Shown here in pieces: positions 21,101 to 32,736 of a DNA stretch of 64,000 nucleotides. The stretch comes from Amoebophrya sp. A120 (Eukaryota > Protista > Dinoflagellata), in NCBI GenBank assembly GCA_905178155.1, contig CAJINV010000021.1, positions 545,530 through 609,529 of the forward strand, given 5' to 3'. Each line of letters begins with the position of its first letter. The first letter of the stretch is position 1. The position numbers and the translations under genes are program-made. The notes beneath the pieces are model-generated. The model searched no databases, was not told the origin of the DNA, and saw nothing but the letters and a program-made list of their open reading frames with translations.

Positions 21101-24100
21101 NNNNNNNNNNNNNNNNNNNNNNNNNNNNNNNNNNNNNNNNNNNNNNNNNNNNNNNNNNNNNNNNNNNNNNNNNNNNNNNNNNNNNNNNNNNNNNNNNNNN
21201 NNNNNNNNNNNNNNNNNNNNNNNNNNNNNNNNNNNNNNNNNNNNNNNNNNNNNNNNNNNNNNNNNNNNNNNNNNNNNNNNNNNNNNNNNNNNNNNNNNNN
21301 NNGAGTATCGCCCTCAAGCTCCTCCGCAAGAAAGTCCAAAGCAAACAAGATCCCGCCCCCGTGTTGCACGCGTGTGGTCCATCCGCCCCAATGTTTTGCG
21401 CGTGTGGCCCATCCGCCCCAGTGAGTGTTTTGCGCCTGTGGTCCTTCCGCCCCAGCGAGCGTTTTGCGAGTGAGGTCCGTCCGCCCCAGTAAAGGGAGCA
21501 TCGCGCCCGAGATTCCGCGACGAGCGACCTCGCGCCCTACCCGCCGCCCGGCTTGCGAGCGGCATTGGCAACAAGGCCGGCCCCTCGCCAGCGCCCGACA
21601 GCACTGCACTCGGGGCGCCTTCGCAACACAGTCGCCAAGTGTGGCGAGAAGGGTTCTGCGAGTGAGGTCCATCCGCCCGAGTAAAGGGAGTACCGCGCTC
21701 AAGCTTTAGATTCCGCGATGAGCGACCCCGCGCCCTACCCCGCGCGCCGTCGCCCCTCCTTCCCGTCCTCGCCTAGTTCTTCTCTTCCCCTCCCGCCCCT
21801 GCGACCGCACTGCTTTTCCTAGAGATTCCTTCCCCCGAGCTAGTACATCGGGTCCCGGATCAACTGGAAGGCGAAACTGGTGTTCTCACGCAGCCGTGAG
21901 AGCCGTCGCTCAAGAGAGGACCGTCGTGGCTGCAGTTCCCCTCGCGACGACGATCTTCTGGCACTCGAATCTTCCGGCGTGGACGGGAGTTGTGATGTGC
22001 CGTCCGTGGTCTCGCTTTCATCTTGGTCAACATCTTCTTGCAGGCGTGTACTAGCTGCAACTGGAGGACGTCGAGCTATGTCAGCTTCACTCTGCCTTCC
22101 CCGTGCCACTGCACGGCTCCTTCGCCGGCTTTCCCGCTTCCGACGCGACCTCGCGAACCTGTTCGCCAGTCGCTGCAGCCGCTCGGCGACAAATCGGGTC
22201 AAGCTTGCTTGCGGGTAGTACCGCTGCACCACGGCGGCGACCGCGACAAGCACCCAGGTCAAGAGCAACAGGGAAACTAACGAGGCTGAGTAGTATCTTA
22301 GCACTTTCGCGACTTGCAAGCGGTTCGAAAACCAGGAGTAGGCGTGCGCGGTGTAGACGATCTTATTCGGTAGAAACTCGTGAATCAGTATCACCAGGAA
22401 AAAAAAACACCCATCCCTAAATTCATTCTTTGCAGGACAAAAAATGGAGTTGATGCGTGTTCTGCACGACAATGACAAAGTGGATCGGGATCGATGGATC
22501 TTTTGCGGTGGATAATCGGCAGCTTCGGCACGTCACAAAGGAACATGTTGTACCAGACGCCGCCGACAATGACGAGCAGATGCGGGTTTTCCTTTTGCAC
22601 CGCAATGCCGCCCCGCAGGGCCGCGCTGCCCCAGTCGACCGCCGGGTCGCTGCTGTACCACTGGGGCTATAAACTGCAAATCTGTTTGGGTCTGAAAAGT
22701 TGTAATGCTGGATTGGGAATACGAATAGTGAATGCTCTGTAATGCACAGCCAAGCATGAGAAGTGTCTGCGCTGCTTAGTGTTGCTCTTCCGCATGACAA
22801 ACTGCGCTTTTGCATGACAAGCAAAAGGGTCTCTTCTTGGACACACATCACAAATTCTTCAGTCATGCCAAACAAGCATGACAAATCTCGCGATCTTCCA
22901 GACCCAAACATACTTGCACTTGATAGGGGCAGGCGGTTCACCACGGAACTGGCCCGGATTTCGTTTCGCAGGTCGATATGGAAGCGTCAGGTTTGAAATC
23001 GTCAAAGTTGAAATGATTTGTAATGCATAAAATGCATGAGCCGAGGTACGTGTGTTGCAGAGCAGGCAAGTGAGGCCGATTGTAGGCCTGTTTGGGGTTA
23101 CGGCTCGAGCTGCTAAAGTAGCATGAGAAAATCGCTCTTCTTTGCCTAAACAGCATGACAAACTGGATTTAAGTGCCACCAAGATTTGTCATGCGCCACT
23201 TGGAAACTGGGTTCCAACTGGCATCCATTTTATGCATGGCAAAGTATTTCAACTTTGTCGATTTCAACTCTGACACATCCATAGTCGATCCCGACCACGT
23301 ACGGGTTTTCTCGGAAGTCCTTGGCAACGAGGGAGAGGTGCGCCAGCCAGTCTCTCTCCGGGTAGGACCTGGTATACCACAACCCGTTTCCATCCAGCGC
23401 GTTGCAGCACCAACCGGCATCGGACATGTGGTTGTTCAGGATCACGAGCAGGGAACGTTTGCGCAACTGTTCCACGACGAGATGAAGGAGTTTCTTGTAC
23501 GGATGGGCGACGAAGGGAGCTGCACCTCCTTTGCCCGTGTTCAATAAATGATAATATTCTTCGCCGGCATTTTTATGATCTTTCCGATTTATCTTCACAT
23601 GATCATTTCTCGCGGTGGTCCCAAGTGTAGAAGGTGTAGGTCTTGGCGTGCCACCAGTTTCATTCGCCAGCAATTCCGGGTTGGCACGAAAGGCGTCCTG
23701 CGCGTCCGGAACTTCCATCGTTTCGAACACCAAATCCAGGCTGTACACGAGTCGGACGCAGTTGAAATGGAGTTTTCGGATCGCGAGTACGATGGTGTCC
23801 AATCTCTGGACGTTCAAACCGCCCACCGAAAACTTCTCCAGCTGCGCGCCGCTCCAGTTGGCGCAGCGAAGACGCACGGGATTCCCTTCCGCGTCGAGGA
23901 TCGCGCGCCCGCGGGTGCTCAGCGGAAGTTGGTGGGGCTTGATCAGGTAGGGATTATCACTGTAGTCATCGTCGTTCTCTTCTACCTGCTGAGGTCGATT
24001 TTTCATCTTCGGAGCGTCCGAATTATCTTCCAATGGCCGATGCACATTTTTCCGGTTTTCAACGCTTCTGTGCGATGTTGGTTGGAAGCCAAATCCCGCC

Positions 24101-24441
24101 GAGTTCTTGTTGATGTTCCCGACTTTTTGTATCTGGACCTCTTCTTCCCGTCCCCGCTCCTGCAGCTTCTGTAAGTTGTAGTCCCCATGATGTTGTTCTT
24201 CGTCTTTATTGTCTGGTGCGTCCAAAATGCTCTCGCGAATTTCGGTTTGGTCGAAGCGCTTCAAGAGCCGTCTCCATACAGAACCAACGGCGTCACGGTC
24301 TGTTTCACCCTTATGATTCTGCGACTTCTCAAACAAGTACAAGGCACCATCGGAATCAGGAGGTGGAGAGGGCGTCATTTTTGTTTCTCCTCTTTTGCTT
24401 TTCTTATTAGTTATCTGTTCTCGGGCTCGGGGCATCACCAA
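18179..24441 (-). CDS. GH5 glycoside hydrolase (cellulase family), paralog 1, with inserted transmembrane region
   Basis: LPLSTRG...NWSG, FNCVRLVYS, NNH...WCC, GIDLRNE (acid/base), HAYSWF, PVWVGEFG (nucleophile), WSYWP; four introners plus a large insertion at 19559-21843 that may inactivate it. Confidence 0.85.
18302..18454. mobile_element. Introner in GH5-1
   Basis: TATACACTGCAAAAGTATCG...CGATGCTTTTGCACAGCATA; TSD AGTTC/AGTTT; absent from paralog 2. Confidence 0.82.
19670..19950. repeat. Degenerate tandem repeat (CCGATTTGGCTAATTTTGTACCCT-like units)
   Basis: Recurrent ccgatt...taccct units visible. Confidence 0.8.
19994..20185. repeat. 16-bp tandem repeat CCGGGAAACACGGAAA, ~11 copies
   Basis: Directly visible. 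Confidence 0.95.
20260..21490. repeat. ~30-bp GTGGTCCATCCGCCTCAGTGTTTTGCGC repeats within a higher-order unit
   Basis: Same blocks recur on both sides of the N gap. Confidence 0.8.
20657..21302. other. Assembly gap (N run)
   Basis: Run of N inside the tandem array. Confidence 1.
22389..22514. mobile_element. Introner in GH5-1
   Basis: TATCACC...GGTGGATA; TSD ATCAG/ATCGG; joins LPI-HE. Confidence 0.75.
22668..22925. mobile_element. Introner in GH5-1 (GGGTCTGGAAG family)
   Basis: Perfect TSD GGGGC; TIRs present. Confidence 0.87.
22977..23283. mobile_element. Introner in GH5-1
   Basis: TATGGA...TCCATA; TSD GTCGA; joins GID-LRNE. Confidence 0.87.
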
Positions 24442-25034
24442 AGGCCATGGAAAGCAGGCGGAGCGAGTTTATACCGTTTCCCCGTCCTGCTTGGGTTTTC
24501 TTCCCTTCAGTGAGCAGACCCAACCGAAAGCTCAATCGTCACTCCCCTCAAAGTCAAAAGGACCGAAAATAATGCCTTTCGGACGACACTGGGCCCGCAA
24601 ATCGTGATGAAGGCGAACAAAAAGGAAATAACAGTAGCGTCGTCGTCTACTCTTTGAGTTAGCAATGCTACAATTGGGAATATTAGCTTGAGTTCCTTTT
24701 TCTTTGCTGCTGTTGGGAGAGCGCATCACGACACTTGGTGTAGTACTGGTGGTGCATGATCATTCATCATTACATTTGTCTTTAACGACTTCCTCCTGTA
24801 TTCTCGAGATGTAGTACTCAGATAATAGCCAGGACTGTAAGTGCTCCTGTCACAGAAACGACAGAAGAATAAGAAATTGTTCTCAAAAACATGCATAGCA
24901 AAGTTCTCAGGTACTCTAATCTTCGTAAAACTACGTAGTTGCCATCTTACAATCAGTTGAGATCTCGAAATTCGCTTTGACCCTCCGCAACTAATACTAA
25001 AAACTTCTGCATCTACGCAACATAATTCTTCCCT

Positions 25035-28000
25035 TCACGGAGCTGCACTGTGCACCCTCGTCTCGCTACTCCGCGGGCCAAACCCCTCCGGATACGACCA
25101 CTCCCCGAAGCCCGGCGGGTAGGTGTCCCCCGTCGTGCTGTTGGTCGTTAGGTTCAGCAAAGGGGATAGCGCTTTCATTTTCCCCACGTCCCGGATCCGC
25201 GTGTAATCGTCTTGGAGTAATCCAAACGGCTCCTGCGCTAGGGATCGGGTATCCGCGTCGTGGCTCAGCCGGGCCTTCTTTTGCCCGTCCAGGGGCCGTA
25301 TCGAATGCAAACATCATGTCTGGGTCGTCTGGATGGGTGCAGGAGTTTGATGTCATGCTGGGTTTGGACGTTGCCCCACGAGAACTAGAATGCAGGGCAT
25401 AGAATCTTCACCCGCTTAATTGTAAAGGCCTTTGCCATGTATGAATATCCCGCATGAAATGATGATGAAATCTCGTTTCAGGGTGCTGGGGAAAAGTGCG
25501 CATCTTGTTGTGCTACCTGGGCAAAAATACAACAAATTTTTGCGTGATCTGCAGAACGCGTCACAGATCCAGACTACAAACATATTTGCAATGCATAGGC
25601 CAGTAGGACCAGGACAGGTCTCGCTCCTCAAAGTACCGCATGGCGTTCTTAAACCAGACGTTTTCGGCGTCGTGCGTACCAAACTCGCCAACCCAGACCG
25701 GTGCGATGTTGTCTCGCTGCAGGAACCCCCAGTAGTTGTCATACTCTTCTTTTAAGCCCTCGTAGCTCTGCAGGCTATCGGCAACCAGGGTGAACACGAT
25801 CGCGGTACAGGTGCAAAAGACTGCGACGATGACGGAGACCTGGATTAAGATGGAGAAAAACGCGTCGCGCGGAGAAAGCCGCTTGTAATTATTGTTCCCA
25901 TTGCTGTTGTCCGAATTTGCGGACGACGACGAGGACGAAACGTGGCTGAGCTTGCTTGCATTCTGTCCGCGCGGAGCTTGGAGCGTGCTGTTCTTGCCAG
26001 TTTCTTGATGGAGGGCCGCCTCGGAGATTTTTTGTCCCATTGGTGGAGCACCACGTCGACCATCGCTAGTATTAGCTGTACCCGCCGTGGTATAATGCTG
26101 ATACATCTTCGCAGCAGAAAGGCTTCTCTCGCCGCCGACGGACCTGAAGTGGTGTTGCGCTTCTGGGTCGGTTAAGAGAAAGCGTAGCAGCGCGAGCGTG
26201 AAGAGCACGATGGAAAATACCCCGGCGATAATTGCGAGAATCCAAAACGCTATGGCCCCGACCTCCGCGTGGACACTGCAGCGACCGGTGAAGAAGAACG
26301 ACCAGACGAGCAGAGAGGTGAATGCGAGTGTGGAGACGAGTAACCAGATGGAGATCGGGTCGTGGGACATCGTCATCGCAGCACTGACACGACCTCGAGA
26401 GCGGTCCTGGTCGCCGGGTGCTTTGTTTCTGCTTGCAGTAGTAGTTTTATTTGCCCGTGGTTTGTTGATGTTTCCACCGTGCCCAACATTCTCTTTTTCT
26501 TCGTCTTCGTCCCTGTCAGGAGCTGGAGCGGCTTCGCGGGGAGGTCGCTCAGTCATTTTCTCCACCTGATGATCTTGTTCCCGTTTACTGCTCAGCGCCC
26601 TCCCCACTTTGTAGAACTGCACCGCGAAAAAGCGCGTTACACTCGCCTCCGGACAAAACCGCTGCAGCAAGATCGCGAAGACGACGGCCACCCAGAGAAC
26701 CAGCATCACGGACTGCAGCGTTAAGTGGTAAAGCTCCAACACCTGCGCTACTTGCAGTCGGTGCGAGAACCAGGAGTAGGTGTGTGAGGTGTACACGACT
26801 TTGTTTGGTAGTAACTTATGGATCGGGAGTTTGTCGACCTCGCACAGGAACGTGTTGTACCACACTCCCCCAACGACGATCAAGAGGTCCGCATTCTCCT
26901 TTTGCACCGCCAGCCCCCCCTGCAAAGCCGCGGTACCCCAGTCCACGTCCGCGTTCTTCGAAAACCACTGCGGATGCTCGGTGGTGAGGTCCAAGGCGTC
27001 GCGGATCTCGTTCCGGAGGTATGAGAGTGCACAGCTCCTCCTCACCCTCATTTGTATGGCATGAACAGCAATCCAAACACCCGCACATTTGGAGCCTATG
27101 CATGACGAATTTGTGTACAACCTGATGTCGTACTGCTTGGGGTTCCGGAATTTGTGATGCATAATAGTGATACAAGGCAACAACTGCCTTTGGGATTTTG
27201 CACGACAAATGAGAACGAGGGTGGGTTGTGCACTGTCATAGGAGGTCGATCCCGACGACTAGCTTGTTGTCCTTGAAATCTTTGGTGATCTGTCTCAGGT
27301 GGTCCACCCAAATTGCGGTGGGGTACTCTTTCGTGTACCAGAAACCGTTTCCGTCGAACTCGTTGCAGCACCACCCCGCGTCGGAATTATGGTTGTTCAG
27401 GATGATTAACAGCCCCTGGTCTGTGATGGCTTCCACCGTTTTGAAGAAGAGCTGCTGGTACGGTTCCAGCACGTATTTGCTTTTTCGAAAGGGCGGAAGC
27501 GACTCCGGTAGGTGGTTCTTCACGATTTCCAAGTCGTCGGTCTCCGGCTGCGGAATCTTCGGGGTTACGGTCAGCAGCTCCGGGTTCGCTCTCAGTGTGT
27601 GGTTGGCGAAGGGGACCGGATGCTTCTCATAGAACAAATCCAGGCTGTACACGAGCCGGACGCAGTTGAAATGGAGTTTTCGGATCGCGAGCACGATGGT
27701 TTCCAATTTCTGCACGTTTAAACCACCGACGGAATATTGTTCGAGTTGCGCGCCCGACCAGTTCACGCACCGCAGCCGCACGGCGTTGCCGTTTTTATCG
27801 ACAATCTTGCTGCCCCGAGTGCTAAGCGGCAGGCGGTCCGAGGCTATCAGGTACGGGTTGTCCTGCTCTACTGCCTCTGTTGGAGCAGAAGATGCAGTTT
27901 TTGTTCGCTCGTCGTGAACAAGCAGCTTCTGGTTACCATGCTGCACCTCCCCATGCCGTTGGACGAGTGCAGCTGCGGGAGGAGCAGGTTTGAACAACAC

Positions 28001-28393
28001 GGCGCTGCCAGGTTTGTCAGTCTTCGAAACTGCTCCGCTTTTCTTCTTGTTTTCAGCAACTACAGTACTGAGACCCGTTGCCGCCCCGGGGGCGGTCGGC
28101 GCCGTTTTTCCTTTTACCCCTCCGCCCTCGTCCAGGAAACTGCTCTCAACTACATGGGCGATAGGCTCTTGGTGCGGTTGATGCTGTCGCACCGATATCG
28201 AGGTGGTGATTTGCTCTGGCCTAGCCCCAGACTCACGCAGGGTCCGGAGCAATGAAGAAGTAGGAGAGGAAAGACCTCCACGAGGATCCTCGCCGGCCCT
28301 TCGTTTCTTTTTCGTGGCAGCCTCTTCCAACAGTTTGCGCAAAGAGAGTAAGCCCTTCACGTGCATGTGCATCTTGACTTCGACGCGTACCAT
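25035..28393 (-). CDS. GH5 glycoside hydrolase, paralog 2 (start uncertain; ORF open to 28654)
   Basis: Same motifs (IDLRNE, VGEFG), same hydrophobic insertion and similar C-terminus (LLNLTT..TYPP.FG.WSYP.GFGP); two introners. Confidence 0.88.
25299..25597. mobile_element. Introner in GH5-2
   Basis: TSD GGCCG/GGCCA; joins YWP-LDGQ; absent from paralog 1. Confidence 0.82.
27020..27240. mobile_element. Introner in GH5-2
   Basis: TATGAGAGTGCACA...TGTGCACTGTCATA; TSD GGAGG; joins IDL-RNE. Confidence 0.88.
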
Positions 28394-28921
28394 GTTTGTA
28401 TACACACTTCGCGTTCTCGCAACAGCTGCTGCTCCTTGCGTGTGCACACGCCTTCGCAAGTAGCTAAATTTTCTACAAGGTGACGGATGAATTAGAAGAT
28501 ACACACCAGCACGCGCTCTGCTCTCGCACTCGCCGGGATTCATTGAGAGGCCACTTTTCACACCACTGCAACTCGTCCACATCATAAACACAAAATTTGA
28601 ATTTCGGCCGCACTCAATTCTTGACACGCATAGCGATAGAAGCCCAGCCAACAAGGTTCATCAATCTCCTCATTGACATTGCGCTCGCCCCTCAACAGCA
28701 GACTGAACATGATATGCGAGGGGCATGATTCATCCCGTAGTACAAGAGAAATCCACGATTTCTCAGCAACATTCAAGTTTGCGAAGATGTTCTTGGAATC
28801 ACAATCAAAAGGTAACTTTCGGATTGTCGCGACGTTGTAGTTTTTTATTGCGCAGTCGTGTTTAGTACAGTCTTTTAGAAGTTGTAGCAAGTGAAAGTTG
28901 TACGTTATTTCATGACCTGCT

Positions 28922-31757
28922 TCACCTTAACAGCCAACCCAGATTTCTGCGCACCACCAGTGCCAGTATCAAAACGAAAAAGGCGATCGAGACAAATTTT
29001 CCGTGTCTCCAGCAGAACTTGCAACAGGCCCAACAAGAGCAACAAGAACTTCTCCCCCGCGCCACACGTCCACCATCGCCACCACCTCCTGGCCCGCCGG
29101 CGCCCGCGTTTCTTGCGCCTTTGTTCGTCGCTGTGTCGTCCGTATTACCTCTACCCGCCTGCTCACCTCTGCTCCGTCTGCTCTCTTCCGCTTCCTTTTT
29201 CTTTGCAGCGTCGCGCCTTTTCGCCTCAGTCTCGAGCCAGGTCTCGAAGTCCTGAACTCTTTGGCGGTTCGGTTGCAAGGCAAATTGCGACTTTGATGAA
29301 CCCTTCGCTGCGGCCGTGCTGGGCGCCGAGCGAGTCTGCGTCGCCGAAAGTTGCGCACGACCCACCGCTTCCCGGACCACATCCCGGCAGAGTGCGAAGG
29401 AGTGCTTTTGCAGCTTGCTCGAAGAACCGGCACCAGCAGAAATAGCCCCGCCAATCTGCAACCCAGCGCTTTGTGCAGAAGCTGCAAGCGAAGTGAATTC
29501 ATCGGGTGATACTACCTTCTTCCCCTTCCAGATCAAATTTTCCGGTGCTGGTAAATCATCGAACATGAACGTTTCGCGATTTTGCTCGAAACCCACCGGC
29601 CGGACTGGGACCGCTTGTGACGAAGCGGAGCCGGAACCTCCCTTCAGCTGGTCGAACACCGCCGTCCGGATTGCGCTGCGTTCCATCTCGCGCTGCGTGG
29701 CGGATTTCAGGTCCCATTTGGGGATGTAAATGCGCAGCTTAGTACTGCTCTTCTCGCCGTGCAGCTCGTCGTGATCTACTACTTCATCCCCACCGGCGCC
29801 CAATTCCTCGCTTTTGTTCATCGCCAGCAAGAGTTGGAGAATATCCGTCGCTTTCAGCATATCCAGGTCCTTCTCGGAAACGAAAAACAGAATCGCCGCG
29901 GCTTTGGATGCAAGCTCCTCCACTAAATTTCGCCAAGCGAGTCTCGCCTCGTCCGGCGATTCGAACGCGCCAAGCAGGTCCGCCTCCGACATCTGACTTA
30001 GGAGCTGATTATCACTTGCAAATATGATGTCCGCGTCTGGGATCTTATAATGCTAAAATGTGACTGGTGGGCGCACTGCGATACGCAGCCAAGCATGACA
30101 AATCTTTGAGCTGCTATTGTGTTTCTCTTTGTGTTTCACTTCCCGCGTGTCAAGCTGCGCTCTTGTATGACAGACGAGAGGGGGGCCTTTTCCTGCTCAA
30201 GCATCACAGATTTATGAGCCATGCCAGCAGCCAGACAAGCATGACAAACTCGCATTGTTCTTCCAGACCCAGATATCATATTTGTATTTGATACTGATTC
30301 CCGAGGCCGGTGATCGTCGAGGTCGCATCGGAAACGGCGGACCGCACGAGAAGATTGGACTTTTCCATCAGTTGGTTTACCCCCGTCATCTGCAACATCA
30401 TCTTGGTCGTGTCCATGGCAGACGTGAGCTTCTGCTTCACAACGTCGCGCTTTCGCTTGCCTTTTCTGTAGTTGGTATCGTCAGCATGATGTTCTTCCCC
30501 ATCGTCCTCTCCTTGATCTTCCTCCTGCCCGACGGAGAGCAACTCGCCCCCCGCTGCGAGTAACGACGACGCCAGGCTTTTCGACTGCTGCGAAACCGCC
30601 GCGTCGGGGCCGGTGAGACTCCTCACTTTGGACACGTCACACCACAAAGCCGGAGCGCGCTGCTCCTCGATGGAGAGGAGGGGGAGAAGCACAAGCGACG
30701 GATTGCCGAGGTCTCGTAGTCCTTCCTGCAACCCGGCCGTGGGCTTTGCGGGTTCTAGGCACGCGGCGATCGGTATTACAGTGAAAAGTGCCCCCCACCC
30801 CTGAAATTGCAAAAAATTCTTGTCATGCGAAGTTTCCAAATGAAAAGTTTTTGTCATGCATGAAAGGAGTAGTTTGAATCTTTCTGATGCAGAGTCTAGG
30901 CGTGTATCGCATCGCTTGCATGACAAGCGCCGCTTTTGCTGCGGTCTTTTGCAATGCAAATTTTTGCTAGTCACGATTCGAAACCTGTGAATGTGATGCT
31001 GATAGATGCAAGAGGGCGAATGTTTCATTTGGAAAGGTTTGCAATGCAAATGCTCCCAAGTTCGGGGGTGGGGGCATTTTTCCTCGCAATAATCGGCAGG
31101 GTCCGCATCGAGGTTGTGGTCGAGAATGGAGGTGTACGTCCTCTGCTGCTTGAAGAAGATGAGGTATGCTAGAAAAAAACTGTGTAAGTGTAAATCTGTG
31201 ATGTAGAACATGCAATAGAGTTACAGCTGTCATGCTCATGCCAGACAGCGACGCAGTCCTCATTTCATGTGTGTTTTCCCTTACAAACCCCACATGACAG
31301 GTTGTCTCTGTCATGTAGAGCAAATTTGTGATGCTGTCAGCCAAAGAAAGTTACACTAACACAGTTTTTTTCTTGGATATGAGGAGCTCGAACTGGTTTG
31401 ATGTTCGTTAGTCTGATGTGGTCCTCTTGATTCTACTGCCCGTTGTGCGACTTTGCTGTCCTGCTCGGGTGCAGTACTAGAGGAAGAAGTAGACGCGCCG
31501 CCGGACGATGCAACGCTTGTTGTTGAGCTTGTCATCTGCTGCTCGACAAGAATGTCATCGAGTATTTCGCGCTCCAACCTTCCAACCTGCTGCGCGACCT
31601 CCAGCTTTGTCGGCCTTAGAGTTGCTTGCTGATTGTTTGGTGGAAGCACCTCCTCCTTGCAGCACCAATTGACAAAAGTTTTCTTGGATCGCTGCGGCCT
31701 CCCCACTACAAGAATGAAGGGCGGCGACGGGAGATTTTTTTGCGAGACGGCCGCCAT
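28922..31757 (-). CDS. Hypothetical tail-anchored protein with degenerate P-loop-like N-terminus, 4 exons
   Basis: ILVVGRPQRSKKTF near N-terminus; C-terminal hydrophobic helix; frame restored across three introners. Confidence 0.7.
30010..30293. mobile_element. Introner
   Basis: TSD CTGAT; TATCA...TGATA. Confidence 0.85.
30774..31091. mobile_element. Introner
   Basis: TSD ATCGG; TIR includes GCCCCCCACCCC/GGGGTGGGGGC. Confidence 0.85.
31165..31379. mobile_element. Introner (A-run-CTGTGTAAGTGTAA family)
   Basis: TSD TGAGG; TIR like 63666-63875. Confidence 0.87.
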
Positions 31758-32322
31758 TTTGTGCTGTTTCGCTGTAGTGGTCCTTTGGTATTGGTTTAGC
31801 ACGACAAAATAGGGAGGACTAGAGCAAGGATTGGCGTGATCAGATATGACCAGCGCTCTTCAAAAGTACGTATTTTTCTCTCGTCTGGCAGAACTGTCGT
31901 GCGCTGCGCCGTCTCTGTGAAATAGCATAAGTACTTAAACAGGCGAAAACTAGAATGCGTTCAGCTCCAGGACGACGAGGCGCATAAAATGCGTGATAGA
32001 GGAGCACGTAGGTAGCTTGGTCTTGCTACAAAATTGATTCATTTCATCTTGACGGTGAAGAACTTAGATCTTCATCCTCCAGTGGTGCTTATAGTTGTGC
32101 GATAAAAGGCTTCGGAGGTCATAGCAGAGATATTGATGATGTAAAAAGAAGTCTTCATCCCAAGAACATTTCGATCGCGTATGTAAGCTGAACTTGCGGG
32201 CGGAAGCGTAGAAGTGGAACACTTGTACTTCAAGGCGAAATTCGGCTTCCCGCCGATCTGTCACTTCTTCGTGAACGTGGAACAGAACTCGTCGGAAGGC
32301 CATGTTGATCGAGCTAAAGTTC

Positions 32323-32730
32323 ATGTATTGCACCACCGCCCACCGCAGTGGTGTAGTAGTCAGAGGGTGTCATTGTGTTTCATCGTTACATTTGTCTGTC
32401 GCCAAAATCAGAGTAGAAGTCGTCTTTACACCTCATTCCTTTTCGTTGAGGACAAAGTAGAAGATGTTCTCATCTTTATCAGAGTAGCTCAGGCCCTTTC
32501 ATCAAATCTATCGACGGGGGCGCCGCGCCAGCACTCTTACTGTCTTTGCCGCAATAACCTGAACTCCCCGCGCTGGCCGCTCCGCCGGCACCACCACGCG
32601 AATGACCTTCCGAAGCGGCTGCGGTTGCCCGGAGCCTCTGTGCTCTTTTCGACAATTTCTTGCCTGCGAAATCCCGTGCGCTGTCGGCGTACAAATATCT
32701 TGATCTTCTTCGTAAAGACGGGCCTCCTGC
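32323..32730. repeat. Diverged copy of the SLC35F 3' end (36249-36703)
   Basis: Encodes EARLYEEDQD...SARDFAGKKLSKRAQRLR with a frameshift relative to the original. Confidence 0.92.
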
Positions 32731-32736
32731 ATAAGT

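Larger units (their letters stand above)
19559..21843 (+). mobile_element. Helitron-like non-autonomous insertion in GH5-1 coding sequence
   Basis: Starts TATATATAAAG, ends CTAG, sits between A and T with no TSD; subterminal inverted repeat GGTCGCAGGGG/CCCCTGCGACC; internal tandem arrays; spans an assembly gap. Confidence 0.6.

Noticed and set aside
19670-21490. CRISPR-like array
   Set aside because: Head-to-tail tandem repeats without unique spacers; eukaryotic context, no cas genes.
19870-21709. ORFs across the tandem repeats and N gap
   Set aside because: Artefacts of repeats and Ns.
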